DNA of 63,493 bases from Promethearchaeota archaeon (lineage in GTDB: Archaea; Asgardarchaeota; Lokiarchaeia; Sigyniarchaeales; SOKP01). The position numbers and the translations under genes were made by a program. The notes beneath the pieces are model-generated. The model was not told the origin of the DNA. It searched no databases and worked only from the letters and a program-made list of their open reading frames with translations. This document shows, piece by piece, positions 36,238 to 45,155 of this stretch (position 1 is the stretch's first letter; the number at the start of each line of letters is the position of its first letter). Location of the stretch: NCBI GenBank assembly GCA_030667705.1, contig DAOUVJ010000001.1:1-63493 (forward strand). Direction: 5' to 3'.

Positions 36238-36268
36238 GATATATTTTTTATATTGAAAGGAGATAAAA

Positions 36269-36463
36269 ATGTACGACAAAATTCAAAGAACAGAAGTGTG
36301 TGATGGCAAATATACTCATGTTTTTGATGAACAAACTGGAAGACAATATGTAGAACGATATGGTGAAAAGTGGCGCGATTTAGCCGGGGATGGTTTTATT
36401 TTGGCTTTATGTCAGCGCATTTGGGAACTTGAAAAACGCCCAGGATATGCGGATGATACATAA
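36269..36463 (+). CDS. hypothetical protein
   Basis: 64 aa with a strong AAGGAG SD. Confidence 0.5.
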   Translation: MYDKIQRTEVCDGKYTHVFDEQTGRQYVERYGEKWRDLAGDGFILALCQRIWELEKRPGYADDT

Positions 36464-36501
36464 TTATAACACATTATGATCATTAAATTGGGAGACAAAA
36501 A

Positions 36502-36693
36502 ATGAAAAATTATGAAGTAAGTATAGAAACGGAAACAGTCGGGGAAAAAGAATTGACATATTTATATGTTTTTCATCAAGGTAATCATTATAAAACTGGG
36601 GTAAAAATTGACGATCCAATAATTGAAATCCCATTGATAATAGAAACACTGGTTCGTCATTTGGTTAAATGTGCCCAATCGAAAAAGACATAA
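36502..36693 (+). CDS. hypothetical protein
   Basis: 63 aa with a GGGAG SD. Confidence 0.45.
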   Translation: MKNYEVSIETETVGEKELTYLYVFHQGNHYKTGVKIDDPIIEIPLIIETLVRHLVKCAQSKKT

Positions 36694-36721
36694 ATTTCAT
36701 AATATTTTCATGTTAAAAATC

Positions 36722-36740
36722 AATTACTATATATATTAAT
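36722..36740 (+). promoter_or_regulatory. conserved promoter-like 19-mer aattactatatatattaat
   Basis: Identical to 22383-22401. It ends 54 nt upstream of the ATG at 36795. Confidence 0.4.
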
Positions 36741-36794
36741 TTATAGAAAGAAATATTTATTAACTTATTAATTTTAAGGATTAAGGAGAGAAAA

Positions 36795-36977
36795 ATGCAA
36801 AATTTTATTTGTGTAGATAGAAACGGTAAGGAAACAATATTAACAAAAGAAATAGCAGATTTTTGGTTTGAACATGGATTGGAAACAATTCGTAATCTGA
36901 AACCAGATGCTTTTGAAATTATATCAAAAGTAAATGGTGGGGCACATAATGGCGGATTTGATATAGTCTCCAACTAA
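36795..36977 (+). CDS. hypothetical protein
   Basis: 60 aa with a TAAGGAG SD. I prefer it to the overlapping antisense ORF 36713-36973. Confidence 0.45.
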   Translation: MQNFICVDRNGKETILTKEIADFWFEHGLETIRNLKPDAFEIISKVNGGAHNGGFDIVSN

Positions 36978-37003
36978 CAAAAAGGGGAATATTGAACAAA
37001 GAG

Positions 37004-37032
37004 AAAGAGATTTAATTTAGATCTCTTTTTTT
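37004..37032 (+). terminator. rho-independent terminator ending the plus-strand block
   Basis: Stem aaagagat / atctcttt with a 9-nt loop, followed by TTTT. Confidence 0.55.
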
Positions 37033-37050
37033 GTTAATTTTTTGTTTAAA

Positions 37051-37224
37051 AAATTTTAAACTTCCACAATCCCAAATTCTTAAGTATCCTTCTCCAGGTT
37101 TTCGAAGAAATTTATCGTAATAGAATTTGATATTTGTTTTGCAAGAAGATTTTGGATAATTTAGGTGGGAAACTAAACCTTGGGAAGTTTTGAATTGTCT
37201 ATTACATATAAGGCAGGTGAGTAT
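37051..37224 (-). pseudogene. miniaturised Hef-like homing endonuclease relic (N-terminal finger fused to the last 10 codons; ATG mutated to ATA)
   Basis: The minus strand has AAGGAG, 6 nt, then ATA, then LTCLICNRQFKTSQGLVSHLNYPKSSCKTNIKFYYDKFLRKPGEGY joined directly to LRIWDCGSLKF. This is 58 in-frame codons, so about 500 internal codons are missing relative to the intact paralogs. Confidence 0.65.
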
Positions 37225-37250
37225 ATTTTTCTCCTTAACTGAAAAATTAA

Positions 37251-37324
37251 AATAAAATATGGAGTTAGAAAGATTGCTAAGGAATCTCTCAAAGGGAGCT
37301 ACCCTCTGTCCTCCATATTTTATT
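37251..37324 (-). terminator. 74-nt structured element downstream of the sheath gene
   Basis: 14-bp closing stem aataaaatatggag / ctccatattttatt around a 46-nt G+C-richer interior with two short hairpins (agatt..aatct; aggg-agcta-ccct). Confidence 0.35.
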
Positions 37325-37337
37325 CGGGGGTTAAAAG

Positions 37338-39272
37338 TTATTTAATAAAGAAGTTCAATTCGATTTTTTCTAAAATTCTCACTGGCGTAAGGGTAATGTC
37401 CACTGCACATGTCTTTCGTTTTTTCATATAATCTGTGCTATACACACTCACTTCATAAGAATCTAATCCTCTTCTCTGTTTAATATTCTCCAAAAATTCA
37501 ACTATTTCTCCATTTATCAGATCCCAAGTAATAGAATCATTTTGTTCAAATGGAAAAAATTTACAGAAATTACTTATTGCTTTTTGACAATATAAAACTA
37601 ATCTTACAATGTTTAAATCCTGAAGAGCACTCGGTTTAGCTTGAGCAGTCAATTGCCCCCAAAGTGTATTGCCCTCAAGGAATTTTACTATTGGATTTAA
37701 TTGTTTCAGATACATACTATCTCTTTCACCTATTTTTGGACTATATCTCAATTCTTTAATAGAATCAATCGCTCCCCGAGTAAAACCAGCCGCAGCATAC
37801 CAAATCTCACCCACTGCATCATTTCTCGGTAACAAATAAGCCATATGGTAACATGGAGAAAACCATACATCTTGTCCAGTAAATGTATCATAAACTTTAT
37901 TATAAGATTCATAAAGAGCAACAAAATAATTATTAAAATTATGAGTATTTAATCTTGCGTCATATGCAAGAGTAAAAGATGCATTATCTCCATTATCCAA
38001 AATTCCTACACAATCTCTTCTGGTTGTAACTAAAGTATTAATTGAAGTTTTTACGTCGGTTGGATATCCACAATCAAATACTAAATTAAAATTAAGAAAT
38101 TCAGTATCTAAAATACTATCATCAATATTTCCTGCATATCCGCTACTAAGAAGCTGAGTGGCTATCGTAGTATTAAGACTTCCATCTGCATTTTTTAATT
38201 CTCCATCTGAACCTTTTTTCAATGGAGCCGGTTCTGAAATAACAAAAGGTTGAGAAATATTTGCAAAGTTCTTTTTAATAGTATAAACTATATCTGTAGA
38301 ATCTTCATCAAATAAAGAAACGCTATCATTCCAACCCCTTGATGTCAATGATCTATCTTGATAAACTGCACAAGATTCATTATCATCTCCGGAAGAAATT
38401 CCCAGCCATCCCCAAATTTTATTTCCTGTTCCGTCAACGGCAGTAATTACATATCTGGCAGATCCTAAAGATTGTTCCCAATCAGTAAAAACTTGTTTAT
38501 TATCTGTAATTAAAGCGGTCGCTCCATCTTTATCAAGTGAAATTGTTCCAATATTTTTATCAAAAACTTTAACAGCAATATCATATCCGTCAGACCAATC
38601 TTCATTTGTTTTTGACATATCTGCTCTGAGAACAGAAGAATATGAATTTAAAATATATTCAATAAAAAGTGAATCTCCGGCAGTGTCAACCGCATTTGGA
38701 TCAAAAGAAACATCAAAAGATTCTATAATAACATCATCTCCATCACTTTGTTTTTCATAGATATCTATCACATATACAGAGCTTATCATTGGGTTAGAGT
38801 ATTCTGATAATCTAACACCAATATTATTATAATATTCTCCCCTTCCAATTGGATATAAGAAACACAGAGCTTCAGAATTTGATGTAATATCTGAATCAAT
38901 TTCTACTTTTGTATTTATATCATCAACATAAGTAATAGAGATTGTTGCAGTCGAGTCAACAGTTTCGGCAGCATCTATTCTTATATTAGAAAAAGATGCA
39001 TTATCTGGAAGACAACGCATAAAGAAAGCAGAGCCGCTTTCTCCGAGGAAATTGTACATAGAATATAATCCCTGGCCATAGTTTTTGCCGTAATGGGAAA
39101 TATTAGGTTCTCCCCATTTTGAAATTAAATCTGATCTTCCCCCAACAAACATTAATTCATTATCGGGACCTTTCTCAGTCAATGCACATACAAGTCCGGT
39201 ACTTGCAGGAACAGCTTGTAAATAAGTACTGAGGTCTATAATTTTAACGTAAACACCTGGTGAAATAGCCAT
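37338..39272 (-). CDS. tail sheath protein (T4 gp18-like)
   Basis: 644 aa. N-terminus MAISPGVYVKIIDLS...GLVCALTEKGPDNELMFVGGRSDLISKWGEP, and C-terminus ...LNPIVKFLEGNTLWGQLT...LNIVRLVLY; both are typical of contractile sheath proteins. AAGGAG SD. Confidence 0.8.
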   Translation of the reverse strand: MAISPGVYVKIIDLSTYLQAVPASTGLVCALTEKGPDNELMFVGGRSDLISKWGEPNISHYGKNYGQGLYSMYNFLGESGSAFFMRCLPDNASFSNIRIDAAETVDSTATISITYVDDINTKVEIDSDITSNSEALCFLYPIGRGEYYNNIGVRLSEYSNPMISSVYVIDIYEKQSDGDDVIIESFDVSFDPNAVDTAGDSLFIEYILNSYSSVLRADMSKTNEDWSDGYDIAVKVFDKNIGTISLDKDGATALITDNKQVFTDWEQSLGSARYVITAVDGTGNKIWGWLGISSGDDNESCAVYQDRSLTSRGWNDSVSLFDEDSTDIVYTIKKNFANISQPFVISEPAPLKKGSDGELKNADGSLNTTIATQLLSSGYAGNIDDSILDTEFLNFNLVFDCGYPTDVKTSINTLVTTRRDCVGILDNGDNASFTLAYDARLNTHNFNNYFVALYESYNKVYDTFTGQDVWFSPCYHMAYLLPRNDAVGEIWYAAAGFTRGAIDSIKELRYSPKIGERDSMYLKQLNPIVKFLEGNTLWGQLTAQAKPSALQDLNIVRLVLYCQKAISNFCKFFPFEQNDSITWDLINGEIVEFLENIKQRRGLDSYEVSVYSTDYMKKRKTCAVDITLTPVRILEKIELNFFIK

Positions 39273-39382
39273 AGTTTCTCCTTTTTAAATTTTTTAATTC
39301 TCTAATTTGATTATTTCTCTATGAATAAAATCACCTTTCTTTTCAATCTCTATATTATCCATTTTAAAGAACCGCGCCTAGT

Positions 39383-39462
39383 ATATCTTTTGGTTCATTT
39401 GATCTTTTCTTAAATCTATGGAAACCTTTTAAGTACCAATAATTTGTTCTAATTCAAATCCT
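39383..39462 (-). pseudogene. heavily deleted footprint of a Hef-like homing endonuclease C-terminal region
   Basis: Aligns by eye, with several deletions, to 18141-18260 of paralog 3 (atatcttttggttcat...cttttcttaa...atctatg...ccttttaagtaccaataatt...tgttctaattcaaatcct). Confidence 0.5.
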
Positions 39463-39465
39463 GCA

Positions 39466-40146
39466 CTAAAAATATAAATACCATATGAAAACAATCCCTC
39501 TCGCAGAAGTTTTAACAATTGAAGTAAATGTCACTCGGGAAAATAGATGAAAATTTTCTGCTCCCGGACTATAAGCTGGCTCATCACTTTCTGCTGTATA
39601 TAATCCTGCTTCAGATATTTGAAATCCATTTGCATCCCCGGCACCAATAGTTGTGGTAACTTTCAAAACAATCCAAGAATTATCATTGGCAATATCCGTT
39701 TCATATGTAATTGAATCAAGTGGGTGTTTATAATAAGCATCTATTCTCCAATCTCCACATGTCGAATCTGTGGCACTTATTGCAATATCATTTCCCAACT
39801 CAGTATCTAGATTGGTTGGGGGTAATGGATTAAAGGGATCTCCTTCCGCAACTCCTCCATTACCTAATCCCAACCAATAAAGATGATCATTTATACCTGA
39901 GGCTACATTTGGATTATTTATATTTGTTAATAATTGTGCAAGAGTTTCTCTTCCTAAATAAACAACGAGATTTGATTTTTCAATTATCTTCTTTTTATTA
40001 TTTTCTAAAACTTCATATATTTCAACAAATCCTTCAGGTTTTCTTGTATTACTATCAATTTTACAATTAGAATCCCCAAGGCATTTATTTCCATATTGAT
40101 CTTCTATTCGTATTAATAAATCCTTCAAATCTTTTTGTTTATCCAT
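39466..40146 (-). CDS. virion structural protein (function unassigned)
   Basis: 226 aa immediately upstream of the sheath gene. The C-terminal ISEAGLY...FSRVTF..IVKT motif is of a kind I associate with tail or fibre proteins. Confidence 0.4.
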   Translation of the reverse strand: MDKQKDLKDLLIRIEDQYGNKCLGDSNCKIDSNTRKPEGFVEIYEVLENNKKKIIEKSNLVVYLGRETLAQLLTNINNPNVASGINDHLYWLGLGNGGVAEGDPFNPLPPTNLDTELGNDIAISATDSTCGDWRIDAYYKHPLDSITYETDIANDNSWIVLKVTTTIGAGDANGFQISEAGLYTAESDEPAYSPGAENFHLFSRVTFTSIVKTSARGIVFIWYLYF

Positions 40147-40206
40147 TTTTTCCTCTTTATATGAATTTTATATTTTGTTCTTAAGATTAAAACATATTAG
40201 TTTATT

Positions 40207-40467
40207 CTAAATGTGATTCTCTTTATTAGCTTTTGATTTTTCTTTATTTAAATTATGAGCATGATAAATAACATCTAAATGTTTAATATAAGATTGAACA
40301 TTTTCTGCTCGCATTCTATAACAAATTTCTCCAGTTATATATGGAAAGTTTCTATAGGAAGAAAATGGATTAGGTGGCCATTTTTCATAATATTCTTTTA
40401 TGACATGTTTATGTTCACAAACTGGTTTTTCTTTTTCAAATTCAGTTTTTATACCCATTGATTTCAT
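40207..40467 (-). CDS. hypothetical protein
   Basis: 86-aa ORF on the same strand as the structural genes. Confidence 0.4.
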   Translation of the reverse strand: MKSMGIKTEFEKEKPVCEHKHVIKEYYEKWPPNPFSSYRNFPYITGEICYRMRAENVQSYIKHLDVIYHAHNLNKEKSKANKENHI

Positions 40468-40491
40468 CTCCTATGATAATCTTGAATTTTA

Positions 40492-42135
40492 TTATAAATT
40501 AAATCCTGTTGGGACTGGATAAATGAAAGAACTGTCTCCAAAATTTCCAGTTATTGAATTCCAATTATCATAATCCACTATAATTTCACATTCGTCAGTT
40601 ATTGCCCCAATATCATAATAAGATCCACAATCATAAGTATCTCTTCTTGATCCCATACATGAAGAAATCGAATCTGGGCATGGCCAACTACAATTTTCTG
40701 CAGAAGTTGAATCTAACAAATCTCCATCAGACTCTACAAAATCAACAATTGTATGATGAATTCTCTCATCAACTATTTCTCCTACTCTTACAGATTCTGA
40801 TAAAGGGTTATCAAATTCAAATAATTCAACACTTTTCATTCTTGCGCGATATGGTTTAAAGAAATTAACGACTTCTTTAATTTCTTCAATAAAAGTAAAT
40901 AGACCAAAAATAACATATGAAATATTTATATAGGATAAATTAATTTGAAGTTTTATCCAATCTCCTAAATCAATTAATAGAGATATAACTAAATCTAAAT
41001 CATTTGAATCAAAAGAATAAGTCAGATGATCATATAATTCTAAATTTATTTCTTTTAAAATAACTCCCGCAGTATTTTCATTTTTCAAAAAATTAGTAGA
41101 TTCTGATCTTGTAAATAAATTATAAAATTCAGCTAATTTTAATTCTCTTTCATCTCTTGTTTTTGGTGACAAAGAAGTTAAATTATTATAATCTTCAATT
41201 ATGTCACTATAATCAGTTTTTGTTCCATTATAACATGAGAAAATATTTATTGGACTTATTCCAGTCGTATATATTTTATTAAAAATATAAACACATGATA
41301 AATATAATTCTAATAAAGAACATGTTTTTCCAAAAGTTGAAATAGGAGCATTTTGATTTGTAATAGTTCCTGTATTAATAAATTCTAAATATTGATCTTG
41401 GATTACTCTTGAAATAATAGTTAAAGAACCATTAATTTCTCTAAAATTATAAACTGGCCGAATAGCAAAATATGGAGTTCTTGAAGGTAAATTAATTTTA
41501 TTATTTAAATTTAATTGGAGAACTTGGCTTTCAGTTAACATCCAATGAGGATCATTAAGAATCATTTCATCAAAATCAAGTATATAATCATCTTTATATT
41601 TAGTTGAGGATATTGTTTGTTTTCCCCTAAATATTACTTTATTTAAAGATTCTCTTTCAAGCCAAAATTCATATAAATCTACTTTTGTTAATCCATAATA
41701 ACTTAAAATTTCAATTATTGATCTTGGAGTTCCTTTTATTTTATATAAATTAACTAAATCTAAAAATAAATTTACTTTGTTTTGATTAACTGAATATTTA
41801 GATGATACCAGAGAAATCTTATTTGAAGAATAAAGATATCCAAAACTTCTAAAAAGTTCATCTAAATGTGAATCGGGCATAGAATGGGGATCAGATATTT
41901 GAGATTGTAAAGAAGTTATTGTTTTATGAGAGGCATACCAATCAATTAAAAAATCTTTGAATCTTAAATAATCATCTGTATTAAATGAATTTTGATTAAT
42001 AGTATTATTAAAGAATTCAATTGTTTTTCCTTTTTCTGATTTTGCTAATGATTCAATAACTTCGGTGATATCCGGAACAGGTTCTTCCCCTTTTAAAGTA
42101 TCAAATATTTTCCAAAGATCATCTATTGTGAACAT
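40492..42135 (-). CDS. hypothetical structural protein
   Basis: 547-aa ORF in the structural gene string. No motif recognised. Confidence 0.45.
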   Translation of the reverse strand: MFTIDDLWKIFDTLKGEEPVPDITEVIESLAKSEKGKTIEFFNNTINQNSFNTDDYLRFKDFLIDWYASHKTITSLQSQISDPHSMPDSHLDELFRSFGYLYSSNKISLVSSKYSVNQNKVNLFLDLVNLYKIKGTPRSIIEILSYYGLTKVDLYEFWLERESLNKVIFRGKQTISSTKYKDDYILDFDEMILNDPHWMLTESQVLQLNLNNKINLPSRTPYFAIRPVYNFREINGSLTIISRVIQDQYLEFINTGTITNQNAPISTFGKTCSLLELYLSCVYIFNKIYTTGISPINIFSCYNGTKTDYSDIIEDYNNLTSLSPKTRDERELKLAEFYNLFTRSESTNFLKNENTAGVILKEINLELYDHLTYSFDSNDLDLVISLLIDLGDWIKLQINLSYINISYVIFGLFTFIEEIKEVVNFFKPYRARMKSVELFEFDNPLSESVRVGEIVDERIHHTIVDFVESDGDLLDSTSAENCSWPCPDSISSCMGSRRDTYDCGSYYDIGAITDECEIIVDYDNWNSITGNFGDSSFIYPVPTGFNL

Positions 42136-42171
42136 ATTTTAAATTTTCCCCTGAAGTTATTTTATAAAACT

Positions 42172-43545
42172 TTAAATAAATCTAATTGAGAAAGCTTCTC
42201 CAGTTCCTGCTTCTGGATCCCCACCATTTTGCCAAACTCCATTTTTAGAAAACCAAACTTTTTTATTAACTAAATCTAAAGCAATTCCTATATAATCTCC
42301 GGTTGTAAATGAATCTCCATAAGATTGAGAAATCCCGTTATTCATTTTATTCCCAGTGTTCCCAATGTAAACATAAGAATTAATGTCAGACCCCGCTTGT
42401 ACTCCTTCTAATAGTGAAAATTCATCTGATATTCCTATTATTGGATTTCCACATACATTTTGATTTATTTTTACTTCCCAATACCATTTTTGCCCTGACA
42501 TTTCTATTGTATTTCTGACTGCATCATTACTATCAAAAATTGTTTGATGAGCGGTTAAATTACCAACCATCAATTCTATATTAGGACTTTTATCATAAGG
42601 ATTCCAAGTATTTATATCCCAAGAACTTGAAAATGAACTTGAGCTAAAACTTGATGATGAACTTGAAAAAGATGAAGAACTCGAGCTAAAACTTGATGAT
42701 GAACTTGAGAAAGATGAGGAAGAACTTGCCCATATTTCATTTACTTCGGAGGTGCCAATAAGATCACATCCACCAAAAGCCAAAGCCGCAGCAGACGACC
42801 CACATCCAGCTAATCCATATCTTGGAATAATTAAAGAATTTGTAGTTGACCAAGAAGTTCCATTCCAAATCTCAGTTTTTGCAAATCCTACAGGATCACC
42901 ACCAAAAGACAGGGCGCTAGAAGTTGATCCGCAACCAGCGAATGTATGTTTTCCATTAATTAAAGAATTTGTGGTTGCCCAAGAAGATCCATTCCAAATC
43001 TCAGTTTCTGAAAAATATAATCCTCCATCATATCCACCAAAAGATAATGCAGCAGAAATTATCCCACAACCAGCTAATCCAAATCTTGCTATTGGTAAAG
43101 AATTTGTGGTTGCCCAAGAAGTTCCATTCCAAATCTCGGTTGATGAAAGATACAATACTCCATCAAATCCACCAAAAGATAATGCAGCAGAAATTGACCC
43201 ACACCCGGCTGGATTTGAATTTATAATATTTAAAGAACTAGTTGTCGACCAAGAAGTTCCATTCCAAATCTCAGTAATGTTTACTGGTATTATATTATCA
43301 GTGGATCCGCCGAAAGATAATGCTGCAGAAATTGACCCACACCCAGCTAATCCAAATCTTGCTATTGTTAAAGAATTTGTGGTTGCCCAAGAAGATCCAT
43401 TCCAAATCTCTGTGATAACACTAGGAATAAAATCTCCAATGGAAGGTAGACCCCCAAAAGCCAGAGCATCAGAAATTGTTCCACAACCACCGAGTTCCCA
43501 TTTTGGAGTATTTAAAGGACTTGTAGTTACCCATACCCAGCTCAT
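42172..43545 (-). CDS. six-bladed Kelch-like beta-propeller / poly-Ser linker / SPRY-domain protein
   Basis: Six ~45-aa repeats of TEIWNGSSWATTNSL....GLAGCGS.SAALSFGG. Next comes SSSSSFSSSSSSF... (about 35 aa). The C-terminus GQKWYWEVKIN...GISD...GDYIGIALDLVNKKVWFSKNG is an SPRY/B30.2 signature. Confidence 0.7.
   Translation of the reverse strand: MSWVWVTTSPLNTPKWELGGCGTISDALAFGGLPSIGDFIPSVITEIWNGSSWATTNSLTIARFGLAGCGSISAALSFGGSTDNIIPVNITEIWNGTSWSTTSSLNIINSNPAGCGSISAALSFGGFDGVLYLSSTEIWNGTSWATTNSLPIARFGLAGCGIISAALSFGGYDGGLYFSETEIWNGSSWATTNSLINGKHTFAGCGSTSSALSFGGDPVGFAKTEIWNGTSWSTTNSLIIPRYGLAGCGSSAAALAFGGCDLIGTSEVNEIWASSSSSFSSSSSSFSSSSSSFSSSSSSFSSSSFSSSWDINTWNPYDKSPNIELMVGNLTAHQTIFDSNDAVRNTIEMSGQKWYWEVKINQNVCGNPIIGISDEFSLLEGVQAGSDINSYVYIGNTGNKMNNGISQSYGDSFTTGDYIGIALDLVNKKVWFSKNGVWQNGGDPEAGTGEAFSIRFI
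42620..42727 (-). repeat. coding tandem repeat (poly-Ser/Phe linker)
   Basis: Imperfect repeats of gaacttgagctaaaacttgatgatgaacttga, the antisense of AGT/TCA Ser codons. Confidence 0.7.
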
Positions 43546-43605
43546 TATTAATTATTTCTCCAAAATATTTCTATCATAATAAAACTCCTATAAATATTAA
43601 TTTTT

Positions 43606-45108
43606 TTAAATTGCATAATCATCTCGATATTTCTCTAAAATTTTATTATCTTGAACAATATCTGAATGTCCATAAAATATTCCTTTATCTTTATCAACAT
43701 GAATACATTGAATTCCTGTATCTAAAATTGTCTCAACCGGGGTTTCAACATTTCTTATTTGTTGGCTTATATATGTATCTTCTGTTACTTGGATTTTTCC
43801 TTTTACAAAAATTTCTTTATACCAAGGAGGATTAATTTTTCTAAAAATTTCTGTTTTGAATAATGTACAACCTGAGCACATTACCAATACATCATCAAAA
43901 GTTTCCCCAATTTCAAAATTTACTCTATCTGGTCTGTTTTTATCATCTTCTATCATGGAACAAGATTCTAAAGGAAAATATTTCCTATAATAAAATCCTG
44001 ATGCTACATCATATCCATTTTTAAGATGATTCATTAATGTGACCAAAGTATTTTTAGGAATAATTAAATCATCGTCAATAAAAAATAAATATTCAAATTG
44101 ATCTTTAATAGCTTTTTCAACTATAAAATTTCTTGCATCAGCAACAGGAAATCCAAAAGGTTCTTCTGCCATTGCTGACATTCCTGCTGGGATTTGTAAT
44201 AAATGTAAATTACTTGCATTTCTATCTTCTTTTAATCTATGTGGAGTTCCGACTAAAACTTTATTAGTTGCTCTTTTAAAAAATTCTGAAACTACTTTTT
44301 CACTTTTTAACATTTCATCTTCATCTTTATATTCTTTACTACATGTATCATTTGGCCCTGGTCTTTCTAAAACTTTATGCCCAGGTTCCGGTAAAATTCT
44401 TTTTGTATTATCAGGATCATTTTCTAAAACTTTATTGTCCATAGAAAGTCTTGACATTAATTCTTTATTATCTGGATGCTCAGAAAAGTTCTTATAATGA
44501 GAAACTACATTTTCTCTGGCTTCACTATCTACTATATTTAAATTTTCCATTCTTAATTTATATCTTTTTAAATATCTTTCTGGATGATGAAGACCAAAAT
44601 CTTCTGACCCATGTTTTAATTGGGGTTCTAATTTTTGAATTATTTCTTCCCATTCCATAACTTCTCTCATTCTTTCTTTGGCAGTTTTCTTTTGAAGAAT
44701 ATCTCCAAATTTATTTTGTTCAATTTCTATTTTTTTCTTTTTAATTTTAGCTAAGATTTTTTTCTCTTGATATTTTTTATTATCGTTAGTATCTAATAAG
44801 TTTTCTTCTAATTCTTCAATCTCTGCTTCCATTAGTTCACGATCAGCTTCATGTTTTCCATTTTCAAAACTTAAAGTAATTAATTCTTGTAATTGTACAA
44901 TTTGTTCTCCAATTGCTTGCCAATATTTTGAATCTGGAGTTGGGTGGATATCCTTATTTAAAACTGAAGCTTCCATTTCAAATTTTGATCTAAAGATTGA
45001 TCTTGTCTTAAGTCTTTTTTCAAAATTTTCTTTATGTTCTTTTAAAAATTCATAATCAGATTTATTTATTAATCCTGTAGTTTTTAATACATTTAATTCT
45101 TTATTCAT
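43606..45108 (-). CDS. coiled-coil protein with C-terminal GT2-like glycosyltransferase domain
   Basis: 500 aa. The C-terminal half carries FFIDDDLIIPKNTLVTLMNHL (DxD), GFYYRKY, CSGCTLFK and TEDTYISQQ, a typical GT-A/GT2 pattern. Confidence 0.6.
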   Translation of the reverse strand: MNKELNVLKTTGLINKSDYEFLKEHKENFEKRLKTRSIFRSKFEMEASVLNKDIHPTPDSKYWQAIGEQIVQLQELITLSFENGKHEADRELMEAEIEELEENLLDTNDNKKYQEKKILAKIKKKKIEIEQNKFGDILQKKTAKERMREVMEWEEIIQKLEPQLKHGSEDFGLHHPERYLKRYKLRMENLNIVDSEARENVVSHYKNFSEHPDNKELMSRLSMDNKVLENDPDNTKRILPEPGHKVLERPGPNDTCSKEYKDEDEMLKSEKVVSEFFKRATNKVLVGTPHRLKEDRNASNLHLLQIPAGMSAMAEEPFGFPVADARNFIVEKAIKDQFEYLFFIDDDLIIPKNTLVTLMNHLKNGYDVASGFYYRKYFPLESCSMIEDDKNRPDRVNFEIGETFDDVLVMCSGCTLFKTEIFRKINPPWYKEIFVKGKIQVTEDTYISQQIRNVETPVETILDTGIQCIHVDKDKGIFYGHSDIVQDNKILEKYRDDYAI

Positions 45109-45155
45109 GTTTTTGGTTTTCCTTTCTTAAAAGTTTGATTTTAAAGTTTTTAAAT

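Noticed and set aside
36713-36973. 86-aa minus-strand ORF.
   Set aside because: It overlaps the plus-strand ORF 36795-36977, which has a TAAGGAG SD and lies in a uniformly plus-strand block. The minus ORF has no RBS and spans the promoter-like 19-mer.
37251-37324. A 74-nt structured element as a tRNA gene.
   Set aside because: It has a 14-bp closing stem instead of a 7-bp acceptor stem, no T-loop (GTTCRANYC) or D-loop consensus, and no anticodon arm. I saw no convincing tRNA elsewhere by eye, although tRNAscan-SE should still be run.
42752-43579. 275-aa plus-strand ORF antisense to the Kelch-like propeller gene.
   Set aside because: Its periodicity simply reflects the antisense of the six blade repeats. 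The minus-strand frame has a recognisable domain architecture and fits the gene string.
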